In this document: one piece after another, positions 1-8,090 of the stretch | Position numbering within the stretch: the first letter of the stretch is position 1 | Layout: each line of letters opens with the position of its first letter | Source of the DNA: an uncultured Lachnospiraceae bacterium | Lineage (GTDB): Bacteria; Bacillota; Clostridia; Lachnospirales; Lachnospiraceae | DNA: 64,000 nucleotides | Reading direction: 5' to 3' | NCBI GenBank assembly: GCA_945919795.1 | Contig: CAMEJJ010000014.1 | Location: 4,440 to 68,439 of the forward strand | The notes under the pieces: model-generated | Database searches by the model: none | What the model was told of the DNA's origin: nothing | Seen by the model: the letters and a program-made list of their open reading frames with translations, nothing else | Translations under genes and position numbers: made by a program

Positions 1-789
1 TGTTTTTACTTCCTTTGCCATCTGGCTGAGTGCAAGGCAAAGCTGAATGTATGCTTTAAGCTGTCCGGCATGGAGTCCGTTTCGCTTTCCGTCAGCAGGG
101 GCATCAAATTGGAAAAGTCTGAATTCAATGGTTCCCTTTGTAAAAGTCGCATGGTAGTTCAGCATATGGTATCGGCTGTCGTTGTAATGATGCGATCTTC
201 CGTAGTTGCAGTGCTGACTTCCGTACCAGATGTCTGCCAAGGCTGACATGGTCTTTGGCTTTTTCTTGTTGATCTGCTTTATGAATTCCGGATCAACAGT
301 TCTGCAGTATCTGCTTACCCTTCCCCTGTCAAGGTCAAGGGCATCTGCTATGAGGCTTTCGTGGCTTGCCATAATGTTTGCAAGGTTTCTCATGGTCTGT
401 GGTGTCTGCCCCTTGGCTCCGATGTGAATGTGTACTCCACATCCCCTTGTTGCATCACTCTTTGCGCCTGCGTGTCTTAACTGCCTTACAAGTTCCTGTA
501 ATGTTTCAATGTCTGTGTAGGTAAGAATCGGTGTTACCAGTTCGCATTTTTCGCTGTCGCATCCGGCAATGCTGACATCCTTTTGGAATTTCCATTCCCT
601 GCCCTGCTCATCCCATGCTGACCAAGTGTAGTATCCGTTCCGGCTTGCCGTGTTCTGAAATCTTCCTGTTCCAAAGTAGGTGGCTGCAATCTTTGCTGCC
701 TTATCCCTTGTGATATTGTTCATCTCGATTTCAACTCCAATGGTCTGCTTCTTCATTTCCTCAATCTGTCTTTCGATTTTCTCGTTCAT
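1..789 (-). CDS. Amidoligase_2-like protein (putative COOH-NH2 ligase), 3'-partial, runs off window start
   Basis: Absent from the ORF track because it is open at position 1. My translation from ATG 789..787 reads MNEKIERQIEEMKKQTIGVEIEMNNITRDKAAKIAATYFGTGRF...RGCGVHIHIGAKGQ...GTIEFRLFQFD, 263 codons without a stop. GGAG lies 8 nt upstream. The pattern matches amidoligase proteins of Firmicutes phages/ICEs (from memory, PF12224). Confidence 0.7.
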   Translation of the reverse strand, partial: MNEKIERQIEEMKKQTIGVEIEMNNITRDKAAKIAATYFGTGRFQNTASRNGYYTWSAWDEQGREWKFQKDVSIAGCDSEKCELVTPILTYTDIETLQELVRQLRHAGAKSDATRGCGVHIHIGAKGQTPQTMRNLANIMASHESLIADALDLDRGRVSRYCRTVDPEFIKQINKKKPKTMSALADIWYGSQHCNYGRSHHYNDSRYHMLNYHATFTKGTIEFRLFQFDAPADGKRNGLHAGQLKAYIQLCLALSQMAKEVKT

Positions 790-825
790 TCTATGCACTC
801 CTTTTGGCTTGTTTTCCTTTCGGTA

Positions 826-844
826 GTACATATATCACTCTAAA
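826..844 (-). promoter_or_regulatory. Copy 1 of a 19-nt repeat (minus strand TTTAGAGTGATATATGTAC), promoter-like with extended -10 TGATATAT
   Basis: Identical 19-mer also at 2015..2033. Both copies lie 30-40 nt upstream of a minus-strand start codon and are followed by similar leaders (..ACC.AAAG.AAA..GGAG..CATAG.ATG). Confidence 0.45.
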
Positions 845-911
845 GCACATATATTGGAATACCATTACTGGACAAAGATACACATTAATTTTTGTGTATC
901 TTTCCAGATGT

Positions 912-1304
912 CTACTCTTCATCGGTACAAATATCCATGCCCATTGCAAGATCTGCCAGTATCCTTTTATACCTCTCACACTCTGCGCCTTCACTTCCTG
1001 CAACCGCCTGTAGGAAAAATGCAACTGCATCTTCTTTACAGTCCCATGTTTCTTCCTTCCCGTAGCAGATGGTCTTTATTGTATGTAGCTTTCTGCATGA
1101 ATCCTCGCCATAGACAACTCCGAGGTGGCACCCGTTATCCCATGCCACATGAATCGTACCTGTATCATCCACACAGTCAACGGTTCCCCTTGTGCCTGTC
1201 GGCATATCTCTGTAAGGGTCATTCATGGATACAAGTTCAACCCTTGTACCCGATGGATATTCTTTTTTTACCGAGTCAACGATATCTCTTGATGGAAAGA
1301 ACAT
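912..1304 (-). CDS. Conserved MGE protein, DUF4314-like N-terminus
   Basis: 130-aa ORF (VELVSMNDPYRDMPTGTRGTVDCVDDTGTIHVAWDNG) tightly packed with its neighbours. The family name is recalled from memory only. Confidence 0.5.
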   Translation of the reverse strand: MFFPSRDIVDSVKKEYPSGTRVELVSMNDPYRDMPTGTRGTVDCVDDTGTIHVAWDNGCHLGVVYGEDSCRKLHTIKTICYGKEETWDCKEDAVAFFLQAVAGSEGAECERYKRILADLAMGMDICTDEE

Positions 1305-1987
1305 TACTGCTCGCCCCCTTTCTTGGCTCCAGACTTAAATGCTGATGAGCCGTTCAGTTTGGAAAGCAGCAGCTTTCTGTCGGCTTTGTACTCATCCCCG
1401 ATAAACCCAAGTCGGAGGAGAAAGCATCGGAATGCATATTTCTCATTTTCGTTTTCCTTTGGCTTGGCTGTAACTCGCTTTTGCTTCATTGTCATCTCGC
1501 AGATTGCTGTAATGAATTTCGTGTAGGTCATTGCCTCTTCCGGCTTAACATTTGAAAACCAAGGAAATGAAACAGAATCCTCACTCATTTCAAACCGCAG
1601 GTCTGTAATTCCAAGGGCATCCTTTATAAGGCTCCCTTTTGCCTCAAGCAGGCTTGTAAGATTTCCAACATTCACCTTTGTAAATGGGATGGTAACTGTA
1701 AGTTCCATCGCACCTTCCGTTTCTGTTTCTTCAGCATCTCTGTTTTCTTCCCATTCTGCCGGGGTGATTCCTGTTGCCATGACGCAGGCATCAACGATTG
1801 GTGCAACCTCATCAATGTCATCGAAATCTCCGAATTCAAGTTCCCCGTTTCTGCCTACCGTGTAGTTTCCAATCTCGTATGCGCAGGATGGAACTCCAAG
1901 GTATCTTGCCTTCCCACCTATTTCTTTTTCAATGGCCTTAACCATTGCCTTCCGGCTTTCGCCTTTCACATTAAAATGTAGTACCAT
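1304..1987 (-). CDS. Conserved phage/ICE protein of unknown function (often found next to amidoligase genes)
   Basis: ORF-track ORF 1304..2020 trimmed to ATG 1987 (MVLHFNVKGESRK...), which has GGGAGG 8 nt upstream. Confidence 0.6.
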   Translation of the reverse strand: MVLHFNVKGESRKAMVKAIEKEIGGKARYLGVPSCAYEIGNYTVGRNGELEFGDFDDIDEVAPIVDACVMATGITPAEWEENRDAEETETEGAMELTVTIPFTKVNVGNLTSLLEAKGSLIKDALGITDLRFEMSEDSVSFPWFSNVKPEEAMTYTKFITAICEMTMKQKRVTAKPKENENEKYAFRCFLLRLGFIGDEYKADRKLLLSKLNGSSAFKSGAKKGGEQ

Positions 1988-2014
1988 GCTATGTACCTCC
2001 CTTTCTTTTGGTAT

Positions 2015-2033
2015 GTACATATATCACTCTAAA
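2015..2033 (-). promoter_or_regulatory. Copy 2 of the 19-nt promoter-like repeat
   Basis: Identical to 826..844. It lies between a hairpin (CCCCTGT..ACAGGGG, 2034..2070) after the C5 MTase stop and the start codon at 1987. Confidence 0.45.
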
Positions 2034-2086
2034 CCCCTGTAAAAGCAACGATTATGTGCATTCACAGGGGTACAAATATACTGCCT

Positions 2087-3934
2087 TTATGTGGCAGATT
2101 CTTGTGCATAGTACATAATGCCGGACAGTACAAAATAAACATTCGGTAATGCCACTCCGTTTCCCCACATCTTATATTCAGCAGAATCAGACCTTGGATT
2201 CTGTAACCACTTTCTGATCTGGTTGTCCGTCTTTGGCTTTGTGGTCTTTCCCATTGCCTTGGCATGGGTATCAAAGATTTCTCTCCACTTGGCAATATCC
2301 TCATCGGTTGGTTCTGCAACAGCAAGTCCGTCACACCACCAGTCTGGGAATCCCTGCAGTCTTGCACATTCCGTAGGTGTGAGCCTTCGTACTATATAGT
2401 CTGTGTTCTCTCCGTCGTTCACAATCGGAGGATCCTTATAATCTGTAGCAACTAAGGTATTGGCACATTCTTCATTTGCCTCGGTAAAGAACGATGCCTT
2501 GGATGAAGAAAATCTCGTATGAGCCACACCGCTTGCTCCGGCTGCAACAAGTGTCGGTTCTACTTCCTCTTCAATTTGGAAACTGAACTTCGCATTGTAT
2601 CCCTGATTCATTGCAGGTCTGCCAATGCCATAGGATGGTTCTCCGACAAAGTTCTCTTCCGGGTTCTTCATCATCTGACTGGATGGACCCTTGGGACCAT
2701 CATTTGCAGAAAGTGTGGCATGAACATCTGCGAAGGCTACTGCGTGTTGCTCCGTTGCATTTAAGGTGTACATGATATCCGATTCCTTATATCCATCTCC
2801 TTTGTGGGAAGGTCGGCTGCCATTGCCTTCAAGCACAGCAATACCGCCCTGGTTACAGGTAGGATTCCCACCATTCGCATCAAGGGTTCTGGATGTCTCT
2901 GTTTCATAAAATCCGCTGTTCGGATTATCTGACTTCATGGAGTTGCTGTTCTTTGCACACACACCGAATGCCCTCGGCTGGAATAATGTCTGATCATTAT
3001 TTGTTCCAAGGGTTGCTGACAGGTCATCCTGTATCAGTGCACCCTTGCCACCGCCCTCACAGCCACATCTGATTTTCAGAGTTTTTGGTGTCTGCAATAC
3101 AAACGGCTGATTATTTCCACCTGTTCCGTAGGTGGATGAAACTGTCTGTGCCACAGCAAGTGGTCCCCGGTATCTTGTATCCTGTGAGTGGTTTTCAAAC
3201 ATTAAGCTATCTGAGCCTGCTTCTCCAACGCTTTCTGTAATACCATTGGCAGCATCTTGCCACGACTTGAAGCCCTGCGCAGAATACCCAGACAGGCCTT
3301 CTGACTCAAATAATATTTTTCCGGCACTCCCTCCATCAAAATCTGCGACAAGGTAGATACGTTGTCTTCTCTGGGGAACACCCCAATACTGAGCATCGAG
3401 GAGTCTCCATGCGATACTGAAGCCTTCTCCCATGATGCGTCCTGCATTTTCCCATTTTGCAGGTTTAGGTACAGACACACACTCTTCTTTGACTTTGCAG
3501 ATTTCGGTAAGGACTGCCCTGAAGTCCTCGCCCTTGTTTGACGAGAATGCTCCGGGAACATTTTCCCAAACGATGTATCTTGGATATTTTCCATTGGTAG
3601 CCTCCCTCATTTCCTTTATGATTCTGATTGCCTCGTAAAAAAGACTTGAACGATTACCGCCCAAGCCTTCTCTTTTCCCTGCCACGCTCATATCCTGACA
3701 GGGACTTCCAAATGTGATGATATCAACGGGTTCAATCTCTGCCCCGCTGATCTCACTTATATTTCCAAGGTGTGTCATATTGGGAAAACGGACTGATGTA
3801 ACCCTTATGGGAAATGGCTCAATCTCTGCTGCCCACTTTGGTGTGATTCCTGCAATGACTCCACCCAATGGAAAACCCCCGGAACCGTCAAAAAGACTGC
3901 CGAGGGTTAATGACATTTTATTCTGTTGTTCCAT
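2087..3934 (-). CDS. DNA (cytosine-5) methyltransferase with unusually long variable region
   Basis: Motifs FDGSGG (I), GSPCQDMS (IV), ENVPG (VI), QRRQRIYL (VIII), RRLTPTECARLQGFP and GNGVALP (IX-X). Start moved to ATG 3934 (GGAGG 6 nt upstream). About 290 aa lie between motif VIII and the C-terminal motifs. Confidence 0.9.
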   Translation of the reverse strand: MEQQNKMSLTLGSLFDGSGGFPLGGVIAGITPKWAAEIEPFPIRVTSVRFPNMTHLGNISEISGAEIEPVDIITFGSPCQDMSVAGKREGLGGNRSSLFYEAIRIIKEMREATNGKYPRYIVWENVPGAFSSNKGEDFRAVLTEICKVKEECVSVPKPAKWENAGRIMGEGFSIAWRLLDAQYWGVPQRRQRIYLVADFDGGSAGKILFESEGLSGYSAQGFKSWQDAANGITESVGEAGSDSLMFENHSQDTRYRGPLAVAQTVSSTYGTGGNNQPFVLQTPKTLKIRCGCEGGGKGALIQDDLSATLGTNNDQTLFQPRAFGVCAKNSNSMKSDNPNSGFYETETSRTLDANGGNPTCNQGGIAVLEGNGSRPSHKGDGYKESDIMYTLNATEQHAVAFADVHATLSANDGPKGPSSQMMKNPEENFVGEPSYGIGRPAMNQGYNAKFSFQIEEEVEPTLVAAGASGVAHTRFSSSKASFFTEANEECANTLVATDYKDPPIVNDGENTDYIVRRLTPTECARLQGFPDWWCDGLAVAEPTDEDIAKWREIFDTHAKAMGKTTKPKTDNQIRKWLQNPRSDSAEYKMWGNGVALPNVYFVLSGIMYYAQESAT

Positions 3935-5198
3935 CGGCATCCTCCATTCCTGCAACTGCATCTTCGTAACTGATCTTCCCACCATTACGCATGACATACA
4001 CATCCGTGCTGTCACCATTCTTATATTCGAGGTATCTCTTTACCGCCACATCCACAAATTTCGGTTCAAGTTCCACACCATAACAGATACGGTCAAGCTG
4101 CTCACAAGCCATAAGCGTGGATGCAGAACCTAAGAATCCGTCAAGGACGATGCCGTTTGCCTGTGTACACTGCTTGATAAGATATGCAATCAGTGGAACC
4201 GGCTTACTGGATGGATGTCCAAATCCATCTTCCTTGGAGTTCTTGATACCATCAAATTCAAATACGGATTTCTGTTTCTGGTCACCATACCATTTATGCT
4301 TTCCATCTTTTCTCCAGCCCCAGATGATTGGTTCCATGTTGAACTTCCAGTCCGTTCTCATAAGCGGAGCTCTTGGCTTTTTCCATATAAGACCTGCACC
4401 GACCTTAAAGCCTGCATCTTCATATGCATCATAAAATACACGAGCCTTCATGGTCGCATAGAATACATAGATGGATGCATCAATGGACATAACATTATGA
4501 AAATTGGTAAAGGCCTTCATAAGGAATTCATATCCATCCTTATCGTTTAAGTCATCATTGGCAATCTTGCCGGATGCATTCTCAAGTGCTACAAAGTACG
4601 GTGGGTCCGTGCATACAAGATTACATTTCTTATCCTCGAAAAGCTGTGTATAGGTATCTTCCTGTGTGGAATCACCACAGATGACTTTGTGTTTTCCAAT
4701 ATGCCAGATATCTCCTGTCTTAGAAAAGCACGGTTTCTGTAATTCTTCCTCAACATCGAAATCATCTTCTTTTGCATCATCAGCATCCCCTGCAAGAAGG
4801 TCTGCAATCTCCTGTTCATCAAAGCCTGTGAATGATACATCAAAGTCCATTCCCTCCAAGGCTTCAATCTCAACCTTTAACATCTCCTCGTCCCATCCGG
4901 CATCCTGTGCATATCGGTTGTCGGCAAGGATATATGCTTTCTTCTGTGCCTCCGTTAGATAATCAACGAACACACACGGAACTTCCTCAATGCCTTCTTC
5001 CTTTGCAGCCATAAGCCTTCCGTGTCCGGCAATGACGTTATAGTCTGCATCAATAATAACAGGATTGATGAATCCAAATTCACGGAGAGAACCTCGCAGC
5101 TTATTGACCTGCTCCTGAGAATGGGTTCGTGCGTTATTTACATATGGTATCAATTTAGAAGTCTGTACCATTTTCATTTCTGTAGTATGCTTCGCCAT
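3918..5198 (-). CDS. ParB-like nuclease domain fused to N6-adenine/N4-cytosine DNA methyltransferase
   Basis: N-terminus LIPYVNNARTH...GHGRLMAA (ParB-like). C-terminus CTDPPYF plus LDGFLGSAST (PF01555-type). Start at MAKHTTE (5198), with GGGGG 8 nt upstream and a TAATG overlap with the upstream stop. Confidence 0.85.
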   Translation of the reverse strand: MAKHTTEMKMVQTSKLIPYVNNARTHSQEQVNKLRGSLREFGFINPVIIDADYNVIAGHGRLMAAKEEGIEEVPCVFVDYLTEAQKKAYILADNRYAQDAGWDEEMLKVEIEALEGMDFDVSFTGFDEQEIADLLAGDADDAKEDDFDVEEELQKPCFSKTGDIWHIGKHKVICGDSTQEDTYTQLFEDKKCNLVCTDPPYFVALENASGKIANDDLNDKDGYEFLMKAFTNFHNVMSIDASIYVFYATMKARVFYDAYEDAGFKVGAGLIWKKPRAPLMRTDWKFNMEPIIWGWRKDGKHKWYGDQKQKSVFEFDGIKNSKEDGFGHPSSKPVPLIAYLIKQCTQANGIVLDGFLGSASTLMACEQLDRICYGVELEPKFVDVAVKRYLEYKNGDSTDVYVMRNGGKISYEDAVAGMEDADGTTE

Positions 5199-5980
5199 TA
5201 AAATAACCCCCATTCTGCAAATTTCTCAAATCCGCCAACTGACTGAATGTACACTCTTGCCATCTGCACGATTTCTGCATAAGGCTTTCCATCCACCATC
5301 TCATCACCGATTGCACAGCAGAGTGTGACTGGCATTCCTGTTTCCTGTGCCTTAAGGAATGCATAAATATTTACGGATACATCTGCCTTGGATAAATCCT
5401 TGCCATGCAGTCCTCCGCCTGTAACAGAATCAGCCATATCGGAACCAAGTTTTCTGTTGGTTGCTCCTGTATCTACATCTGTACCACCTGCCCAGGCACC
5501 AAGCGGATTGACCTCTGCACCTGGGTAATGTTTCTCCAGTTCCTCTTTGTCTGCATTGCTCTGGCAGATGATGAGCCTTACCCCATCAAGAATGTATTTT
5601 CCGTCTGTGGGATATTTCCTGTAAATGTCCCTTGCAATCTGTGAAAGTTCTTTCTGTTCTCCGGTAAGTGGCATTCCTTTAAAGATGCCGTTATCCCCAC
5701 ATCTCACATTGCCTTTCTGATTTTCAGATAAGTGAATGTCCTGTGGGACAATAACAATATCTGCCTGCACATCTCCGGCAATTCTGAAAATGGCATCCGC
5801 AATATCTCTTTCATCAAGTATTGCTGTTGTTTCAACAATCGCATGGCACACGCCATGTCCAATCAGAACTTCTGCTGCAATCTTTGGATTTTCTTCAGAT
5901 GCGTAAGCCATATCAACGATTGCACCTGCAATTCGGTCTGCAACCTTATCCGGGTGCATCGGATTTACTTTTTCAATCAT
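5198..5980 (-). CDS. Compact MetK-like S-adenosylmethionine synthetase (260 aa)
   Basis: MHPDKVADRIAGAIVD matches MetK GHPDKIADQISD; CGDNGIFKG matches GAGDQG; NPLGAWAGGTDVDTGATNRKLG..TGGGLHGKDLSKAD matches NPTGRF..GDCGLTGRKI..HGGGAFSGKDPSKVD. The protein is about 120 aa shorter than bacterial MetK. Confidence 0.75.
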   Translation of the reverse strand: MIEKVNPMHPDKVADRIAGAIVDMAYASEENPKIAAEVLIGHGVCHAIVETTAILDERDIADAIFRIAGDVQADIVIVPQDIHLSENQKGNVRCGDNGIFKGMPLTGEQKELSQIARDIYRKYPTDGKYILDGVRLIICQSNADKEELEKHYPGAEVNPLGAWAGGTDVDTGATNRKLGSDMADSVTGGGLHGKDLSKADVSVNIYAFLKAQETGMPVTLCCAIGDEMVDGKPYAEIVQMARVYIQSVGGFEKFAEWGLF

Positions 5981-5989
5981 GTGTTTCTC

Positions 5990-6532
5990 CTATCCTCTAC
6001 TCCGTAGCAGAAGTTCCATTGGATCGGACTCATCTGGGTTATAATCCTTCGAGCAGTTCTCCCTTACCACTTGGAAAATCTGATACCATATTGTGTTTAC
6101 CTGTTTCTGGTAGTTTTGAGCCATAGCGACAAATGGACTTGCACAGGCAGCTCCTGTGGTCGGATGCTTGGAAAGGAATCCGTATTCTGAGATCGCCTCT
6201 TCACACTGCATCAATCGAGACACACTCATTGCATACTGCTCCACCAGATGCTTACTCACAAGCTTGTCGCATCCTTTATCCTTCAGGTACAGATAAATGT
6301 ATCTATAAATATGTTCTGCATCGAACTCTCCCACAGCCTTCTGCTTGGACTTAATGTATGAACTTGGTTCTGGGATATCCTCCCCTTCAAGTTCTGCTCC
6401 ATCCGGCAAGTCAATAATCTTCAGCTTTCTTCCACTAGGATTGCCAGCAGCCATCTTCTCAGCTAAAGCCTTGGATTTTCTTCCGGCATTGACCTTGATA
6501 TTTGAGCCACGGGCAGTTCCATCTCTTGCCAT
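5990..6532 (-). CDS. Phage terminase small subunit, P27 family
   Basis: 180 aa starting MARDGTARGS..GRKSK, then ..LVEQYAMSVSRLMQCEEAISEYGFL. The position directly after an HNH gene is typical of HNH/P27 cos phages. Confidence 0.8.
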   Translation of the reverse strand: MARDGTARGSNIKVNAGRKSKALAEKMAAGNPSGRKLKIIDLPDGAELEGEDIPEPSSYIKSKQKAVGEFDAEHIYRYIYLYLKDKGCDKLVSKHLVEQYAMSVSRLMQCEEAISEYGFLSKHPTTGAACASPFVAMAQNYQKQVNTIWYQIFQVVRENCSKDYNPDESDPMELLLRSRG

Positions 6533-6736
6533 ACCATCAACTCCTCATATAAAAAATAACGATAGGGTGCTTAATACCCCGTTCAAATACGCAAAAAGTA
6601 CACACGAAGGGGCGGCACCGTTGCCCTGTGGCTTTGCCCACAGAGATTCTGACCACCCCTACCTTTTGGAAATGACCGTCATGACCATCACAGAAAAAAT
6701 ATAATAAAATATTTTTATATATGATTAGCACGACCG

Positions 6737-7114
6737 TCACTCGTATGAATCACTCTTTCTTCCGTGCCAACGGTCACCTCTCTCTGCGTGGATTCTTGCG
6801 TGACAAGACTTGCACAAAGAGATGAGGTTCTCTCTGTCATGAGTACCACCCTCTGATAAAGGTATCTTGTGGTGTACCTCTTCTACCTCTACCAACACTC
6901 CCTTCTCATAACACAACTCACAGAAGGGATGCTGTTTCACATAGCTGTCACGGATGCGTTTCCACGCTCGTCCGTACCTCTTGCGTGTTGCAGGGTCTCG
7001 TCCGTACTTCTCGTAACGCTTGTTCTCTTCCTTCTGGTGTTCCTCACAAAATCTTCCCTCTGTTAGCTTAGGACAGCCGGGATGGTGGCAGGGGTGTTTA
7101 GCTTTTCTTGGCAT
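6737..7114 (-). CDS. HNH endonuclease (phage packaging-associated type)
   Basis: FCELCYEKG...VHHKIPLSEGGTHDRENLISLCKSCHARIH: an HNH motif with Cys pairs. Confidence 0.9.
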   Translation of the reverse strand: MPRKAKHPCHHPGCPKLTEGRFCEEHQKEENKRYEKYGRDPATRKRYGRAWKRIRDSYVKQHPFCELCYEKGVLVEVEEVHHKIPLSEGGTHDRENLISLCKSCHARIHAERGDRWHGRKSDSYE

Positions 7115-7221
7115 TGTGCTTACACCTCCATTTCTTGAATTGGTAACAGAGGATGTACCAACATTGCTCCAAGTAGGAAACCTTGCGATAACCCACTGTT
7201 TCCACCTCCTTCATTTCAGGC

Positions 7222-7263
7222 ATAATAAAAGCCCTCACAGTGGAGTTGCCACCATGAAGGCTC
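7222..7263 (-). terminator. Rho-independent terminator after the DUF1492-type regulator gene
   Basis: Minus-strand hairpin AGCCUUCAUGGUGG-CAACU-CCACUGUGAGGGCU followed by UUUUAUUAU. The arm mismatches are G-U pairs only on the minus-strand RNA. Confidence 0.6.
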
Positions 7264-7352
7264 TAGTGCCTGTTAGCATCTTTATCTTATTTGCTGATTA
7301 TACAATATCACAAAGTACACCATTGCAAACCATTGCAAACCATTGCAACTTT

Positions 7353-7784
7353 TTATTTTTTCAGATTAATTGCATCATCCGGGAGTTCAATCTTTGCAAT
7401 AGCTTTATTATGCCAACGCTGAACCGTAACGGTATCGGCACAAAGTTCTTCTCCTATCTTTGGCCATGACATATTGTGGATATATCTGCATCTTAAAATC
7501 ATCTGCTGCTCTGGCTTATCAACTTGACCGATTACTTCTCGTATCTGCTCCTTTAACTCTAATAGCAGATTCATTTCTGTCATTATCTTGGATTCCATAT
7601 CAAACATTTTTTCCAATGTTCGTATGTAGGGTGCATCCGTATTTTTTGATGCATTATAATGCTCCTCAAATCCGGGAGATGAAATTGTCTGCGACATCAT
7701 ACGCAATTCTTCCAATTCCATTGTGTCAGACTTAATTCTCTTATCAAGAAGGTAAGCTTGACCCAAATATTCCTTAACTGTCAT
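7353..7784 (-). CDS. Phage transcriptional regulator, DUF1492 / sigma-70 region-4-like
   Basis: Trimmed to MTVKEYLGQAYLLDKRI (GGAGG 6 nt upstream). The C-terminus EQQMILRCRYIHNMSWPKIGEELCADTVTVQRWHNKAI is HTH region-4-like. Confidence 0.7.
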   Translation of the reverse strand: MTVKEYLGQAYLLDKRIKSDTMELEELRMMSQTISSPGFEEHYNASKNTDAPYIRTLEKMFDMESKIMTEMNLLLELKEQIREVIGQVDKPEQQMILRCRYIHNMSWPKIGEELCADTVTVQRWHNKAIAKIELPDDAINLKK

Positions 7785-8016
7785 ACTCTGCCTCCTTTTC
7801 AAGCTGTGAGAGAAGAACTTTTCCATCAAGTTCTGTGAAAATATTGAAATGACCCGATTTGAAAAATCTCTCACACTCATTTTTCATCTGCTCTGCTGCA
7901 GTATTGGTTTTTCCACGAGATAATTTCTTCACTGCATCTCGATAATCTCTTACAGCTTGCAATACTACTGCATTTGCCAATTCCTGATATGGATCCATGC
8001 TACTTGCTGTACTCAT
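7774..8016 (-). CDS. Hypothetical phage protein
   Basis: 80-aa ORF overlapping the downstream gene by 11 nt, with GGAGG upstream. Confidence 0.55.
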   Translation of the reverse strand: MSTASSMDPYQELANAVVLQAVRDYRDAVKKLSRGKTNTAAEQMKNECERFFKSGHFNIFTELDGKVLLSQLEKEAEYDS

Positions 8017-8090
8017 AGGCTTTTACCTCCGAAATAAAAATTTTTATTCCCTTGGATTGACCATGATTGACATATTTTTACTATGATTGA

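Noticed and set aside
854-1345. Antisense or alternate-frame ORFs inside confident genes (e.g. 854..1345, 3714..4133, 7020..7469, 10452..10922, 36883..37428, 42065..42499, 47881..48339, 51450..51872)
   Set aside because: Low-complexity, Cys/Ser/Leu/Phe-rich translations with no RBS, all fully overlapping genes that have clear family motifs.
2087-4018. Long N-terminal extensions of ORF-track ORFs (e.g. 2087..4018, 1304..2020, 7353..7880, 18132..18770, 26546..27913, 44064..44960, 50779..51942)
   Set aside because: In each case an internal start with a good Shine-Dalgarno sequence coincides with the beginning of the conserved protein sequence. The extension would also overlap the upstream gene or intergenic repeats.
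6345-6740. ORFs 6345..6704 (+) and 6537..6740 (-) in the HNH-terminase gap
   Set aside because: There is no RBS, the composition is unlike the neighbouring genes, and the region is better explained as a structured non-coding (cos-like) segment.
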